From Octopus vulgaris (taxonomy: Eukaryota), in assembly GCA_951406725.2 (NCBI GenBank), contig OX597825.1, positions 40,982,001 to 41,046,000 of the forward strand: a DNA stretch of 64,000 nt, read 5' to 3'. The stretch's first letter is position 1; the number at the start of each line of letters is the position of its first letter. Shown here one piece after another: positions 52,001 to 64,000 of the stretch. A model generated the notes under the pieces. The model was not told where the DNA came from, searched no databases, and worked only from the letters and a program-made list of their open reading frames with translations. The position numbers and the translations under genes were made by a program.

Positions 52001-54539
52001 AAGGAAAATAGGACAAAGTAGAAAATGCTAAAAATAATTTTATCATGGAGTACATTTTAGTACTGGTTTCCATCATTTTAGACTTTTTCAACTAAGGGTA
52101 AAATAAGAAAAACAATTACATTGCAGAAAAAAATTAAGAGAAATGTTTTGTAGGTATTTTCATAGTCTTTGAATAGTTAAATATTACCATAGTTTTCAGG
52201 CAGTGTGTGTCTCTCTCTGTTCCTTTGTGAATGACTGGTGGGTAGGTGGATAATTAGTAGTAAATTTGATGGAATAGTTTGAGTAAAGACAGTTGATGGT
52301 TTAAGCCCCAACTGCAATGAAGTGAAAGAAGACATTGCGGAATTCTGTTGAAAATTATGACTCGCTGAGGAGCTATATGACAAATACAATGAGGACAAAA
52401 TTATAGTCCGAGATAAGAGTAACTACACCCCATTAAAATTTAAGAACAAAAGTTTGATTATTTCTGTGAACACATTACGAATTTCCCATATCAGCAAATA
52501 CACAAACAAAAATACAAACCAAACTTCATCAAAAAGGAATGGGCTGAGCTGAACAGATTAAAAGGTGATAAAACAATCACAATCAAAGAGGCTGACAAAG
52601 GTAGTACAGTAATCTTAATGGACACTGTACATTGTATAACCCTAGTGCTATCCACATTAGAAGACACATCATATTGTCAAAAGGTACAATGCTACAGTCA
52701 TCAGAAAATAATGAGAAACCTAAATAAAAACAATGTTAAACCTATACAGAGTAGGGCTCACTGACAAAGAATACAACTATATGACTAACTTCAATAGTAA
52801 ATCCAGTCAATTCTACGGTATTCTTAAGATACACAAAAGTGAAAAAATAAGTGACACATGCAGGATAGCCACAGACATGGTAACCAAGATACCTTCTCCA
52901 AATAACCTCAAATTAAGATCTATAATAGCTGGGCCTGCATGCAATACTCACCCCCTCAGTAACTTTTTAGACACCCTCTGAAAACCATTCCTGAAGCATA
53001 TCATAAGCTACATAAGGGACTGCTTAGGTATACTCAATCAACTCCTTGAAACAATAAATAGAAACACCCTACTTGTATCCTTCGATGTAGTCAACCTCTA
53101 TTCCAATATCCCAGCCTAGGAATAGAGGCAACCCATTTCTGGCTACAGAATTCCTCCAATGAACTCCCAAACCACATCAAAAAATAATTCGTAATAGAAG
53201 GGCTAAAATTCATCTTGGAAAATGACTTCTTCACGTTTAATGACAACTTCTATCAACAAAAATCAGGGACAGTGATGGGCACACAAATGGTCCCCTCGTT
53301 TGATAACCTAGTCATGAGGTAACTAGAAATCAATCTTTATCATAAGGTACTTGAAGAATACAGAAACCCATTCTTCCTGTACATAGAAAATAACTGGAAA
53401 AGATATCTGGATGTCTGTATCATTCTTCAGCACGAAAGTATAGAGAAACTTAAAGAATTTCAACCACTTCTGAATGGACTTGACATAAACATTCAAATTA
53501 TGATGGAATATAGCCACCAACAACATCCATTCCTCAGCATCCTTATTAAGAAATCCAACAACAAAATAGAAACAAATATCTACTATAAACCCACAGACTC
53601 CAAGCAATATTTGCTATTCAACTCTTACCACCCCAGACACACTAGAACGAATATCCCTTACAACCTGGCAAAAAGGATTTGCACTATAGTATCTGATAGA
53701 AGCACCAGAGAAACATGATTACACAAACTAAAGGATACAATTACCAGCAAGAACTTCCCACCATCGGCTTTCAATGAGCCCTACAACTCAACATCCATGA
53801 ACTCAGACACCCCAAACTAAAGGAAGATTTACAACCAAAAGCCCTACCATAAATAGCCACACACAACCCCCTCAACAATGAGGCCTTTGACACCATCCTG
53901 TTACTAAAAAAAGACCATAGAATGGATCAAATCCTCCAAACACACACCATTATAATGTGTAAAAGACAACCCAAGTCAATGAAAAGTCTTCTAACACAAG
54001 ACCAAGTACACTCATCAACAACATGGAAACCGATAGTAAAAAATGCTAAAGACCTAACTGTGGTATATGTGTCAACCTAATTGAGGGACTGGAATTCTCT
54101 TTCAAACAGCGTCAACATTTAACAGTGAAAAACAACTTCACATATGCTTTGGAAAACCTAATATATGTATTAACTTGCTCAGGGTGTCAAGAACAATATA
54201 TTGGTCAAACTAAAAACAGTTTACACCAGACTATGACATTACATAGACTCCAAATTAAAATAGGATTAAGCAAGCACATCGAAATTTGTGCCACTAACGA
54301 ACAACCAGAATTTCCCCCATCTATAAATTCAGGGACAATGCAACTTATAGTCAGTGCATCAGCAAAGAAACATTCTTTATCACAAAATATAAACCTCTTT
54401 TGAATTCCACCACCACAGATGGAACTACAACAAGAATTTAGAACCCTCCCATCACTGCTGCTACAGCCACAACAGGTCACTTTTAGGTCATTTGACCATT
54501 TAAAGAAGATTGCATGAACGATTTACTGTGACACAGCAC

Positions 54540-54622
54540 TTCTTCCTCCTCTTCTTCTTCTTCTTCTTCTTCTTCTTCTTCTTCTTCTTCTTCTTCTTCC
54601 TCTTCTACTTCTACTTCTTCTC
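54540..54622. repeat. (TTC)n microsatellite within the PLE 3' region
   Basis: Directly visible. Confidence 0.95.
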
Positions 54623-54850
54623 CTCCCTCAGCTGCTCCTGCTCAAATCATGAACTGTCTGCACTCAAGCTATTCCTTCAAATTTACTACTAACTAACTAC
54701 CCATCTACCTACCTGGCATTCACAAAGGAATAGAGAGAGTGACAGACTGCCTGAAAACTATAGAAATATTTAACTATTCAAAGACTATGAAAATACCTAC
54801 AAAACATGTCACTTAATCTTTTTCTGCAATTTGACTGTTCTTCTTATTTT

Positions 54851-54896
54851 ATTCTTAGTTGAAAAAGTCTAAAATGACAGAAACCGGTACTAAAAT
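54851..54896 (+). ncRNA. Minimal type I hammerhead motif in the PLE pseudo-LTR, U3-A8 variant (inverted copy at 52054-52096)
   Basis: attcttag-TTGAAAA-a-gtc-taaaat-gac-a-GAAAC-cg-GTA-ctaaaat; palindromic stem III ACCGGT; sense orientation in the 3' UTR, as expected for PLEs. Confidence 0.65.
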
Positions 54897-55074
54897 GTAC
54901 TTCATGATAAAATTATTTTAGCATTTTCTACCTTGTTTTATTTTCCTTATACATATTGACTTGTGTGTTACTTTTCTACCTTCTATATATATGTGTGTGT
55001 GTGTGTTTGTACGTGTGAGTATATAAAACTATATATATACATATATGTCTGTGTGTGTGTATGTGTACATATGT

Positions 55075-55505
55075 ATCATCATTATCATTGCTTAACGTCC
55101 ATTTTCCATGCTGGTATGGGTTGCACTGTTTGACATGAGTTGACCAGACTCTAAGTATCTGTTGTGGCATGATTTCTACAGCTGGTTGCTCTTCCTAACA
55201 CCAAGCACTCAGCAGAGTGTGTTAGGTACTTTGTACATGCCACAGGCACAGGTGCATTTAAGCAGTACTGGCATGAATGCATTTTATGTGGCACCAGCAT
55301 CTGTAAAGAACAAGCCTGTATAAATAGATGATAGCAATTGTACTTAGCTTAACATATCTTCTCAAGTAGAACAAAATACCATAACTTCTGGTCTCTTTTC
55401 ATTTCCTGTGAGGCCCAGTGTCTGAAAATACTTTCTAACCACTTTATTCCATTTGTTCCTGGGTCTATCTCTTCCACAGGTTCCCTCAACAATTAGAGCT
55501 CAGCA
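55075..55505 (-). mobile_element. RTE LINE 3' end, decayed
   Basis: taacgtccattttccatgctgg tail; minus strand VEGTCGRDRPRNKWNKVV; related to 27240-27980. Confidence 0.8.
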
Positions 55506-58500
55506 GTCAATTACTTGGTCTATTGTTCATTCTGTCTGTCTGTCTGACAGTTTGTCTCTCCACTCTTGGTAAATTTCATTTTATTTTTCAGAGAATTTTT
55601 ACATTTTTGACAGAATACAATAAGTTGTTTACTAGAGTCCATGTGATCCTCATTTCATAAGAGCTGGTAATCATTTTTTTTTAACATCTGTTGAAACAAC
55701 AAATTGCTAATTGTTATGCATGTTTTCACCACAGAATTTTTGTTAATGAACATACAAATATGTTTCCACATACAGCATTAATTTCTTTTCACTTTAACAA
55801 ATATCTGTAATTAGTTAAAGGAAAAAATGGTCACCCAATGGGAATTAACTCCAAATTATTTTTGCTCATAAAATCCAATAGTATTTCACTTTTAACATGA
55901 AAAATCTATAAAACTATTTATTGTTCTTGCTTCCAGTGCCATTTTATCAATAATTGGTTTTATTTTATCAATGATTATCGTCAGAATCAAGCAACTAAAG
56001 CCAGAGGCAAATATTTTGGTGGGGATAGAGACTTAAATTGGAAATGCATGTCAAGAATTTTCTTTAATTTAGAATGTACTTTAGTTATTTTATTTTTATA
56101 TAGGAATGAATGTTGTTGTTGTAGTTGTTGTTATTATTATTATTATACTACTTCTACAACCATTTCTATTATTGCTTTTGTTTATGTATATTATTTAAAT
56201 TTTTGTTTACATAGTTAAAATCAATATTGGTAATGTTCATATGAATTGGTTTTTCAAGAAGTAACTTCAATGTAATGGAGAAGCATTCTGTAAAACATTG
56301 CTGGCTAAAGGGAAAAACAAAAGCAGCAGTAAAGTCAACAACAAGATCAATAACTGCAACAGTAAGGCATTAATGAAAATATTGGCATACAGTCAAAGTC
56401 TACAGTTGATGGAGCAACATATGAAAGAGTTTTATATTCTATTTGTTTTATTTATTCTGAATATTATAGTTGCTTTGGTTGTTAAAATGGTGAATGACTG
56501 CCTACAAATCCATGACTTTAAGCACTGCTCTGTACAGTAATCGTACTCTGCATCTTTGGCAGAGCACATTATTCAGTTTGCTTCCGACTAGACGAAGCTA
56601 AAATATGCCATGGTTCTGCTTCATGGTTGAGTGAAGAGTATTAAGAATTATATCCAGTTAAGGGTAAAAGTATTTGCTCCAACAATTCATATGTAAACAT
56701 TGAAGTTTGCAAAATAAGCAAAGAGAAAGGAAAACTATAACTAAACAACCCATCCTACCCATTTAGAATTGGAAAAGTGAACAAAAGTTTCATTTCTATG
56801 GTAAGTTGAATTGTTCTGAGAATTTTGGATATAAAAAGGCTGAATATTCATTCGTCACATGAAAACAAATGAGTTCTGATGTTTTCAATACATTCTTTTG
56901 AACAAATTGTAACTTAGTTATTCCATGATACCTCACATTTGTTTGAGAGAGGACTTAGTTTAAAGTGTAATGAAATGCCTCTTTTTCTAGACACACAAAT
57001 GTTATTTTAAGGATTTTTATTTATTTTTGTTTTCCTTGTGCAAACCATTAGTTTCCTTGAACTTTACAAGTTTTCCGGTACCATTTATTACATGCACACA
57101 TGGAAGATAAATTGAGTTCATTGCTATCAAATACAGGTAATAGAAGTTAGAGTTATAGTGTCTTTTTGCCTGCAGATCTGATAGCACTTATTGCTTAACA
57201 CTAAATGAACATAATAACTGCACAATAAAGTATTCTTTTCAGAAAAACAAAGCTCTATTATCCTGTTTAAAAATCGAAGTCACATGTGTGTGTGTGTGTG
57301 TGTGCGTGTGCGCGCACTCGCACATGCGTGCATGTGCACACGCATGTGTAATTAATATAGGTAGAGGTGTGCAAAGTTTTACCAAAAGGGAAAACTATAA
57401 TTGTCATCAAATATTACTAAGGGTGTTAGAACCACTTACGTTGCTAGATATAAGAGCTAAAATACTAATACTGCAGTCAAAGCACATAATTGTATACATA
57501 TATACTAACAGAGACTGTAATCACCTGGAAACAGCAGTTGAGATATCCCCATACTGATCAAGTTACAATAGAGTTACAATGAATACAGAGATTAATACAA
57601 CTGCATAATTTTACTTTTTTAATTATTTCTAAGGTCATTTACAGCATATTTCATTTTAGTCAAATGAATCAACACATGTTTCTGCTGCATAGACACCAAG
57701 CGATTGTATTTGCATGCTGTTACTTTCAACTAGTAATTAGTCTGTGCACCTATATTCAAGGTTCATCCATTGAAGTTAATTGAAGTGAACTAAGTGTATG
57801 TAGTTTTGGCTAGTTGAATATTTTTGGTTGTTGACTGTAGTTTTTTAGTGTAACTACAGGAGAAAGCCAGAGAACAACAAAGACCTCTCCTTCTACTAGA
57901 AGTCTTTGTTGTAATGATTAGAGCAATTCATGATAGCATGAAGGCACATGTTATACACCAAGCTAATACGTCAGAAGAATTCTGAGTCACATGTGGTCTG
58001 AAACAGAGTTATGTCTTTGCCATCAGACACCTTCGCCCCACTCCAGCACAAAGGAACCCCCCACACACACCTCCAGACTGAAATGTACTAAATACTCAAA
58101 ACTGAGTCCTTGCCATCTATGTCAATATACTGTAAATGTGTTTTATCATGTCTGCCATTTTGCATCTACAATACTTTGTGAGAGCTATTAACATTGTTTT
58201 CTACTACTGATGTCCTTTGTAAATTTTAACCTTTTAATTAACCAAATAAATAGTGTATCTGGTAAATTGTTAGCTGCATAGCAGATCAAATTTTGTCTGA
58301 GATACTTTAACGTACTGAAGGCTGAGAGCAGTGGAGAGAAAACTGAAGACTTCTGAAGAGAGTCTCTATTTTGTATAAACACATTTTATATAAATTAGTT
58401 TCTAAAATTGTCATAAAAATATCTCTAGTATAAACTTTATATTTATCATTTCACACTTTGATATTTATAACTATATTCACAGTAAATGTAATTATGTACT

Positions 58501-61500
58501 TCTGTTATTTAAAAACATTTTCCATTTGTAAATTATACTAAATTCAATATATATTTCAGTAATAAAAGGATTCCCTGTCCTTTGCTTAAATACATAGTAT
58601 TTACATAAGTGAAATAGTTCAATATTGTAGGCATAGTCAATGATAAATTCTTTATTGTATGTACTTATATACTCTATTCTGAGGCCACATCATATTCAGC
58701 TAATATGTTATCCTTTCTTTGCACAATTGATAAAATAAGTACAAATAGTATTCATGAGTCAATTCAAACAACAATATTTCTATTCTTCAAATCTGTCCCC
58801 TTGTACCAATATTGATCTTAAATGACCTTATATTTCAACAGAACAAGTAATTTTACAGTTGTATTTCAATTAAAGCAATGTGAAGGCTTTCTAAAATAAT
58901 ACAATGAACATCTATTTAAGAAGATCAATGATAGTTTGTGTCAACAATACTAACTGAGGTAAAATGCAAACATTCAGGTGTCTTATAAAAGGAAAAGAAA
59001 CACCCATTGTTTCAGAGTTATTCTGCTGACTTTGAAAGGATAGAAACTCATAGTTGTTGTTAATTATGTTCTCTTTATTATATTGATTACTTTCATATAT
59101 GAGCATCTTTTCTCTATCCTCTACTCTGTTGCAGACTTATTAGCTGTTTCTCTGAGTAACATTCACACTTTGTTAGCTTAAACATTTCTTGTACATGTTC
59201 TTTGTGAATAATCAAATCTGTCAGTCTGTATGTCTGATGTGTTTGATCCTTATTTGTAGGGACAAACATGTACAAAAACTAAAACAAAGTACTTGATGCT
59301 TCATGAAGTGGAGTTAAATATATTTACTTATAAATTTTTCCAAATCTATACATTTATTTCTGTCATTATATCTTCAGAACTAATAAGAATATATTTGTTA
59401 ATAAGTTAATAGCACAGATTTATCCTACAAACTTCCAATTCAGATAGTGAGACTGGCAAAATTTTATTTAGTTAGAGGTAAACTTAAACACATTTTTGAC
59501 TGCTACAATAAAACGTTCAGGAAGCAGAGTGAGGTGGAGGCTAAAGCAGTACAATGGTCACTAAAGGACGATGAAAATTAAAACATGCTAGGAACAATGA
59601 AATAGGGTTGGTAGAATGTCAGTAGACAGTCTAAAGCAGAACTATGTCTAGACCATATAAGCACACATACATAACATGAGAGAGGTTGCACCAAAAGAAC
59701 ATGAAAAAGTAGAGACACTTCTCATGGGAATGTGAGGCAACATAATAGAACCTAAAAAAAAAGATAGCACAAAATTTCCAAGCATCTGACAATGTTCCTA
59801 CATTCTATTTGTTACAGAAGGAACACAAACCCTTTACAGACCCTGTTATGTAGCCCTCAGCTTAGCTAATTTGCAGAACCAACACTTCCAGTAATAAGGT
59901 CATTCCTACTTTCTCTCACAAGTATTGCAATTGTTCATGTGCTAAGAAATACATCCACACACACACAAGCGTACATACAGATGCTTATCTATTCAAGAGA
60001 CCACCACACTGCACACATGCACAGTTAAGTACACACCTACTGGAATGCACACATATAAGCAAACACTAGCACACACATACAAACATACACACTCACACAA
60101 ACACACACACTAGACCATACACTCATGTACCCACACACACAATCACACACATGCACATACGCAGCCACTCACAAACACACACCCCATTATTACCTCTTCC
60201 ACCCCACATAAGGAATTACACCCACAAATCTTTTTATGGGATGACAAGCAAATCCAGGCAGATCTGAGACAAATGGCCGAACTCTTCAAAACGTTACAGA
60301 TGGTAATACATACAGACTCCAAAGATACAAACACACCCACATAGGTACATATGTATGCTCTCACAGCTTTACATTTACTTTCACCCTTAGCTTCTCTTTT
60401 AAGCAAACACACATGTACATTCACAAAAGCATAAGACAAATTCTTGGACAGACTCAGAGTAGACCTTGAGGAGAGAGAGGGTATGTCATAAGAGAGGTTG
60501 TGAATAGTACCAAAAGGGCTCTGACTAACAAACAACTGAGTCATTGTTTAACCATGACATTAAACAACCAATTGATTTGTTAGTTGGCTGGATATTTAAG
60601 CAATTGACTAACAATTAAGAAATGATATTGAATCAAATTATGTGTTTACTAGTTGAACGCTGGGGTCAATGTAATCAACTAGTTCTCTCCCACGAATTTC
60701 AGGCTTTGGACCTATAGTAGAAAGGGTTATTAGCATTATGACACCCTGAAGACACAAGAAGGTTAATAAAATAGTTTAGAAAAATAAATTAAAGAATAAG
60801 AGGACATTTAAGTCTAAAGGAATGGAATCAATTTTGAAGTGAACTGTAGCTAAATTTGTAGCAATGTAGCAATATAACTTCTTAAATCCATATTCAGAAA
60901 CAGCCATGTTGCTAAATGGTTAACCATTGAGTTGGAATTAAGAAATGATGAAATAAATATTGAAAAACACAACAATGAAAAAATTTAAATGTGAATATTA
61001 TTGAAAGATCAGAGAAACAAAGTCTAAATTCTAAGAAGGATTAGTGAGGGAGAGAATTATGTTGAACATTTTCAAAGGCACAGAAAATTTGTTGGGACAA
61101 TATTAAAATTAATAACACAAATTAAATAGTGAAAAACTGTGTGAAAACTCTACATTTCAAAGAAAAAGGTGTTAAATAATAGTGAAAAGATGAAAGGAAA
61201 AATGAAATGAGTACCTTGGAAACAGCTGCATATTATGAGAGGATATCAAATATGACAAGGATTTTGAGTTTTACTATAGAGAAAACTAGCTTGGAAATTA
61301 TGAATAGGAAACAGGTGGCTTTGTTGCAAGGAAGATGATGAATGTAGGAGTCTGTGACAGAATATATTGTGAGTGAAGATTCTGAGAAAGAGAGAAAGAT
61401 AGGAAAACAGGACAATAAAGATTCTTAATAACTAACTCAATGAGTAGAACTACAAGAGAACTAATTTGATACGCAAAATCTCATAGGCATAACTGTTGAA

Positions 61501-61947
61501 GAATTAAGGTGGACTCATCAACCAATGCATGCACAATGAAATTAGGTGAGGTGACAAATGTAAAATATATAAGAGCAATAGTTCTGTAAAACAAGCAAAA
61601 ATTTGATAAAGATAAAAAAGAACAAAACACTCCTCTCCCACACACACACACGCACACATGCACATGTGCAAATCAAAATATAAACACTTGCATACATGAG
61701 CACAAAGAAAGATGGATGCAGGTGTGTATATAAACATATAGAGAAGATATGAATATATATGTATTCACAAAGATATACAGATATCTTACAAATTCATAAG
61801 CGCATAAATCTATTTTGATATTGAAAAAAACAGCAAAATAAGAGATCATGGGGATATACACACATAAAGATACAGGCAATTTTGTATAGCATAAACAATT
61901 CATATATAGAAAAAGTAGGCATACCTGGATACATGAATATACAAAAA

Positions 61948-62290
61948 GGCTGTGTGGTAAGAAGCTTGCTTTTGGTTTCAAATTGCACCGCATGGCACCT
62001 CAGGCAAATGTCTCCAACAATAGCCTCAGCTAACCAAAGCCTTGTGAGTGGATTTCAAAGATGGAAACTAGAAGGGGCCCATTGTGTGTGTGTGTATATG
62101 TGTCCCTCACCATTGATTCATAATTGGCATTGGTGCGTTTATGTCTATGTAACTTAGTAGTTCAGCAAGAGAAAACAATAGAGTAAATACCAGGCTCTAA
62201 AAAGTTGAGTTGATTCATTTGACTAAAAATTCAAGTTGGTGCTCCAGCATGGCCAGAGTGTACTGAACGAAACAAGTAAAAGATAAAAGT
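61948..62290 (+). mobile_element. SINE family A
   Basis: ggctgtgtggtaagaagcttgct...accaaagccttgtgagtggattt...gtgctccagcatggcc...gaaacaagtaaaaga. Confidence 0.88.
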
Positions 62291-62734
62291 TAAAGGCACA
62301 TATAGACTTGCCTATACATACCCAAATACTTACATTTATGAACACAGCATAGGTATACACACAGGTTTGTATACATACACAAATATATTTATATTCTCCT
62401 AAGATAATTTCCATCATGAAGATCTTTCTATATCTGAATGTAGATGAATGTGTTAAATATAAATGTACACCCTTGTATTTCAATCACTGCTGCTTTGAGA
62501 GCCTCTGGTTTATTAGAAACCTGTGACAGATAGATTTTGGAATACATAACTGTTGATAGGTAATGATGCAGACACACACATGTTCTATGATCTGATGTTG
62601 TCTCTTTCCTCACAGAGACTGTAAAGATAATTCTCTCAGGAGACAATTTCTACAGCAAAAGTTTCACAGTGTCCAAAGCTACAAGAATATGTTAAATATA
62701 ATCATACATACCTATATTTCAATCAATGCTATTA

Positions 62735-63295
62735 TTTATAGCTTTATATGTATTTCAAGAACAAATTCCAAAATGAGAGTTATTCCATGTTCTCTTGAAT
62801 GTTTTGTAAATTCTTATGATGTGAGCAAAATACAATTCTTGCTGATGAGAATAAAGTTTCTAAAATGGACAGAGAAGTTCTAAGGATTGCTTTGGTACAA
62901 TGGTAGCATGCTTGTTGTGTATACAGATGTGGGTTTGATTTTTGTGGGCTGCCTTCAATTTTTTTTTCTAACTAAAAGGGGATTTTCAATCCAATATTTA
63001 CATGTTGTTGCTTATAGCTATTATATGTACTTTGAGAATCAATTCCAAAATTCAAATAATCTGTGAACTCTTGGAAGTTTATAAATTCATATAGTGTCAA
63101 CTAAATACAATTCTCAAAGGTAAGAATAATGTTTCTAAAATGGCCAGAAAAGTTTCAAGGATTGCTTTGGTCCAATGGTAAAATGCCTATCATGTTCACA
63201 GGAAATGTATGTTTGAGTCCCACAAACATCCTTTTAACTTTTCTATTCCAAAATGGGTTTCTCAACTCAATATTTATAACTTTATATATATAACA
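62735..63295 (+). repeat. Tandem duplication (~276-bp unit), each unit holding a decayed tRNA-like sequence (62884-62953; 63159-63231)
   Basis: Shared aattccaaaat, aaatacaattct, gtttctaaaatgg and aaggattgctttggt.caatggta; A-box-like and B-box-like motifs followed by T-runs. Confidence 0.75.
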
Positions 63296-63321
63296 TTATA
63301 TATAAGTGCATATATATATAG

Positions 63322-63533
63322 TACCTCCTGACTGGCCCTTGTGCCAGTGGCACGTAAAAGTATCCACTACACTCTCGGAGTGGTTGGCATTAGGAAGCGC
63401 ATCTAGCTGTAGAAACACTGCCAGATCAGATTGGAGTTGGTGCAGCCATCTGGTTCGCTAGACCTCAGTCAAATCGTCCAACCCATGCTAGCATGGAAAG
63501 CAGATGTTAAACGATGATGATGATGATGATGAT
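63322..63533 (+). mobile_element. RTE-tail retroelement with (GAT)n tail
   Basis: Closely matches 440-627. Confidence 0.88.
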
Positions 63534-63536
63534 ATA

Positions 63537-64000
63537 CATAGGGTGATGGGTAAATTGTCACCATTTTATATCTTTAATTTCATGCATAGTTTGTTTTTGA
63601 CTTTATCAACTAAACAGTAAAAGAGGATCAGTTGGGCACTGTCCGGGAGAAAAACAGCACCATCACACAATTCACTCTGCCAGAAATTTGGGAACAACTT
63701 GCTGTACTGCTTGGCATTTGTGCAAGAAACTCCAATACATACATTTCAGAGTGTTTGTGTGTCAATCTGAGGACATGTACCAAGAGTGCTAAAATTGAAC
63801 ATCCAGTTAACATCATTGTGTTTGGTGTGATCACTAGTGATGGCAACGTTTTGCCTCCATTCATCTGCCTACATGACCTCACACTCTACACAAAGGCCTA
63901 CATTGAGTGCCTTGAGGAGGTAGTGCTGCCCTGGGTCAAAAGGGTGGCTGCTGGAAGACCATATGTCTGGTAACAGGACTCTGCACCATGCTATAGAAGC
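63537..64000 (+). mobile_element. Tc1/mariner superfamily element (maT/DD37D-like), internally deleted, runs off the window
   Basis: TIR-like atagggtgatgg; HPVNIIVFGVITSDGNVLPPFI...YIECLEEVVLPWVKRVAAGRPYVW*QDSAP. Confidence 0.85.

Larger units (their letters stand above)
52001..54948 (+). mobile_element. Penelope-like retroelement (RT + GIY-YIG endonuclease), decayed, with inverted 5' pseudo-LTR
   Basis: IKEADKGSTVILMD, FYGILKIHK, LVSFDVVNLYSNI, YQQKSGTVMGT, WKRYLDV, YYKPTDSKQYL.FNSYHP, Cys-rich linker and NLIYVLTCSGCQEQYIGQTK; 52001-52294 is the reverse complement of 54652-54948; many stops. Confidence 0.95.

Noticed and set aside
57874-57912. Hairpin acaacaaagac...gtctttgttgt as a possible pre-miRNA
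   Set aside because: Only an 11-bp stem, too short for a miRNA precursor.
59550-61450. A/G-rich tracts suggesting an old LINE
   Set aside because: Only compositional bias and one HFSWEC-like word; not classifiable.

Overview
AT-rich, repeat-dense eukaryotic DNA. The SINE/LINE repertoire and (TA)/(CA)/(TAGA) microsatellites point to a coleoid cephalopod, most likely Octopus (inference). No intact long protein-coding ORF is present; most entries in the ORF track are microsatellite read-through or decayed transposons. The window holds several Tc1/mariner relics, a pogo/Tigger remnant, CR1, RTE and R4/Dong-type LINE fragments, a decayed Penelope-like element (PLE) with inverted pseudo-LTRs, at least four SINE families, MITEs, a 5'-truncated tRNA-Gly retrocopy with target-site duplication, and a tandem pair of tRNA-like relics. 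There is weak evidence for the last three exons of an unidentified minus-strand gene. The most notable signal is a set of four type-I hammerhead ribozyme motifs (plus one inverted copy) in apparently unrelated PLE-like elements that all sit next to (TA)n tracts. Two of them carry the compensatory U3-A8 core variant, and one has a branched stem II inside a ~485-nt non-coding repeat unit. All calls were made by eye, without alignment or folding tools.
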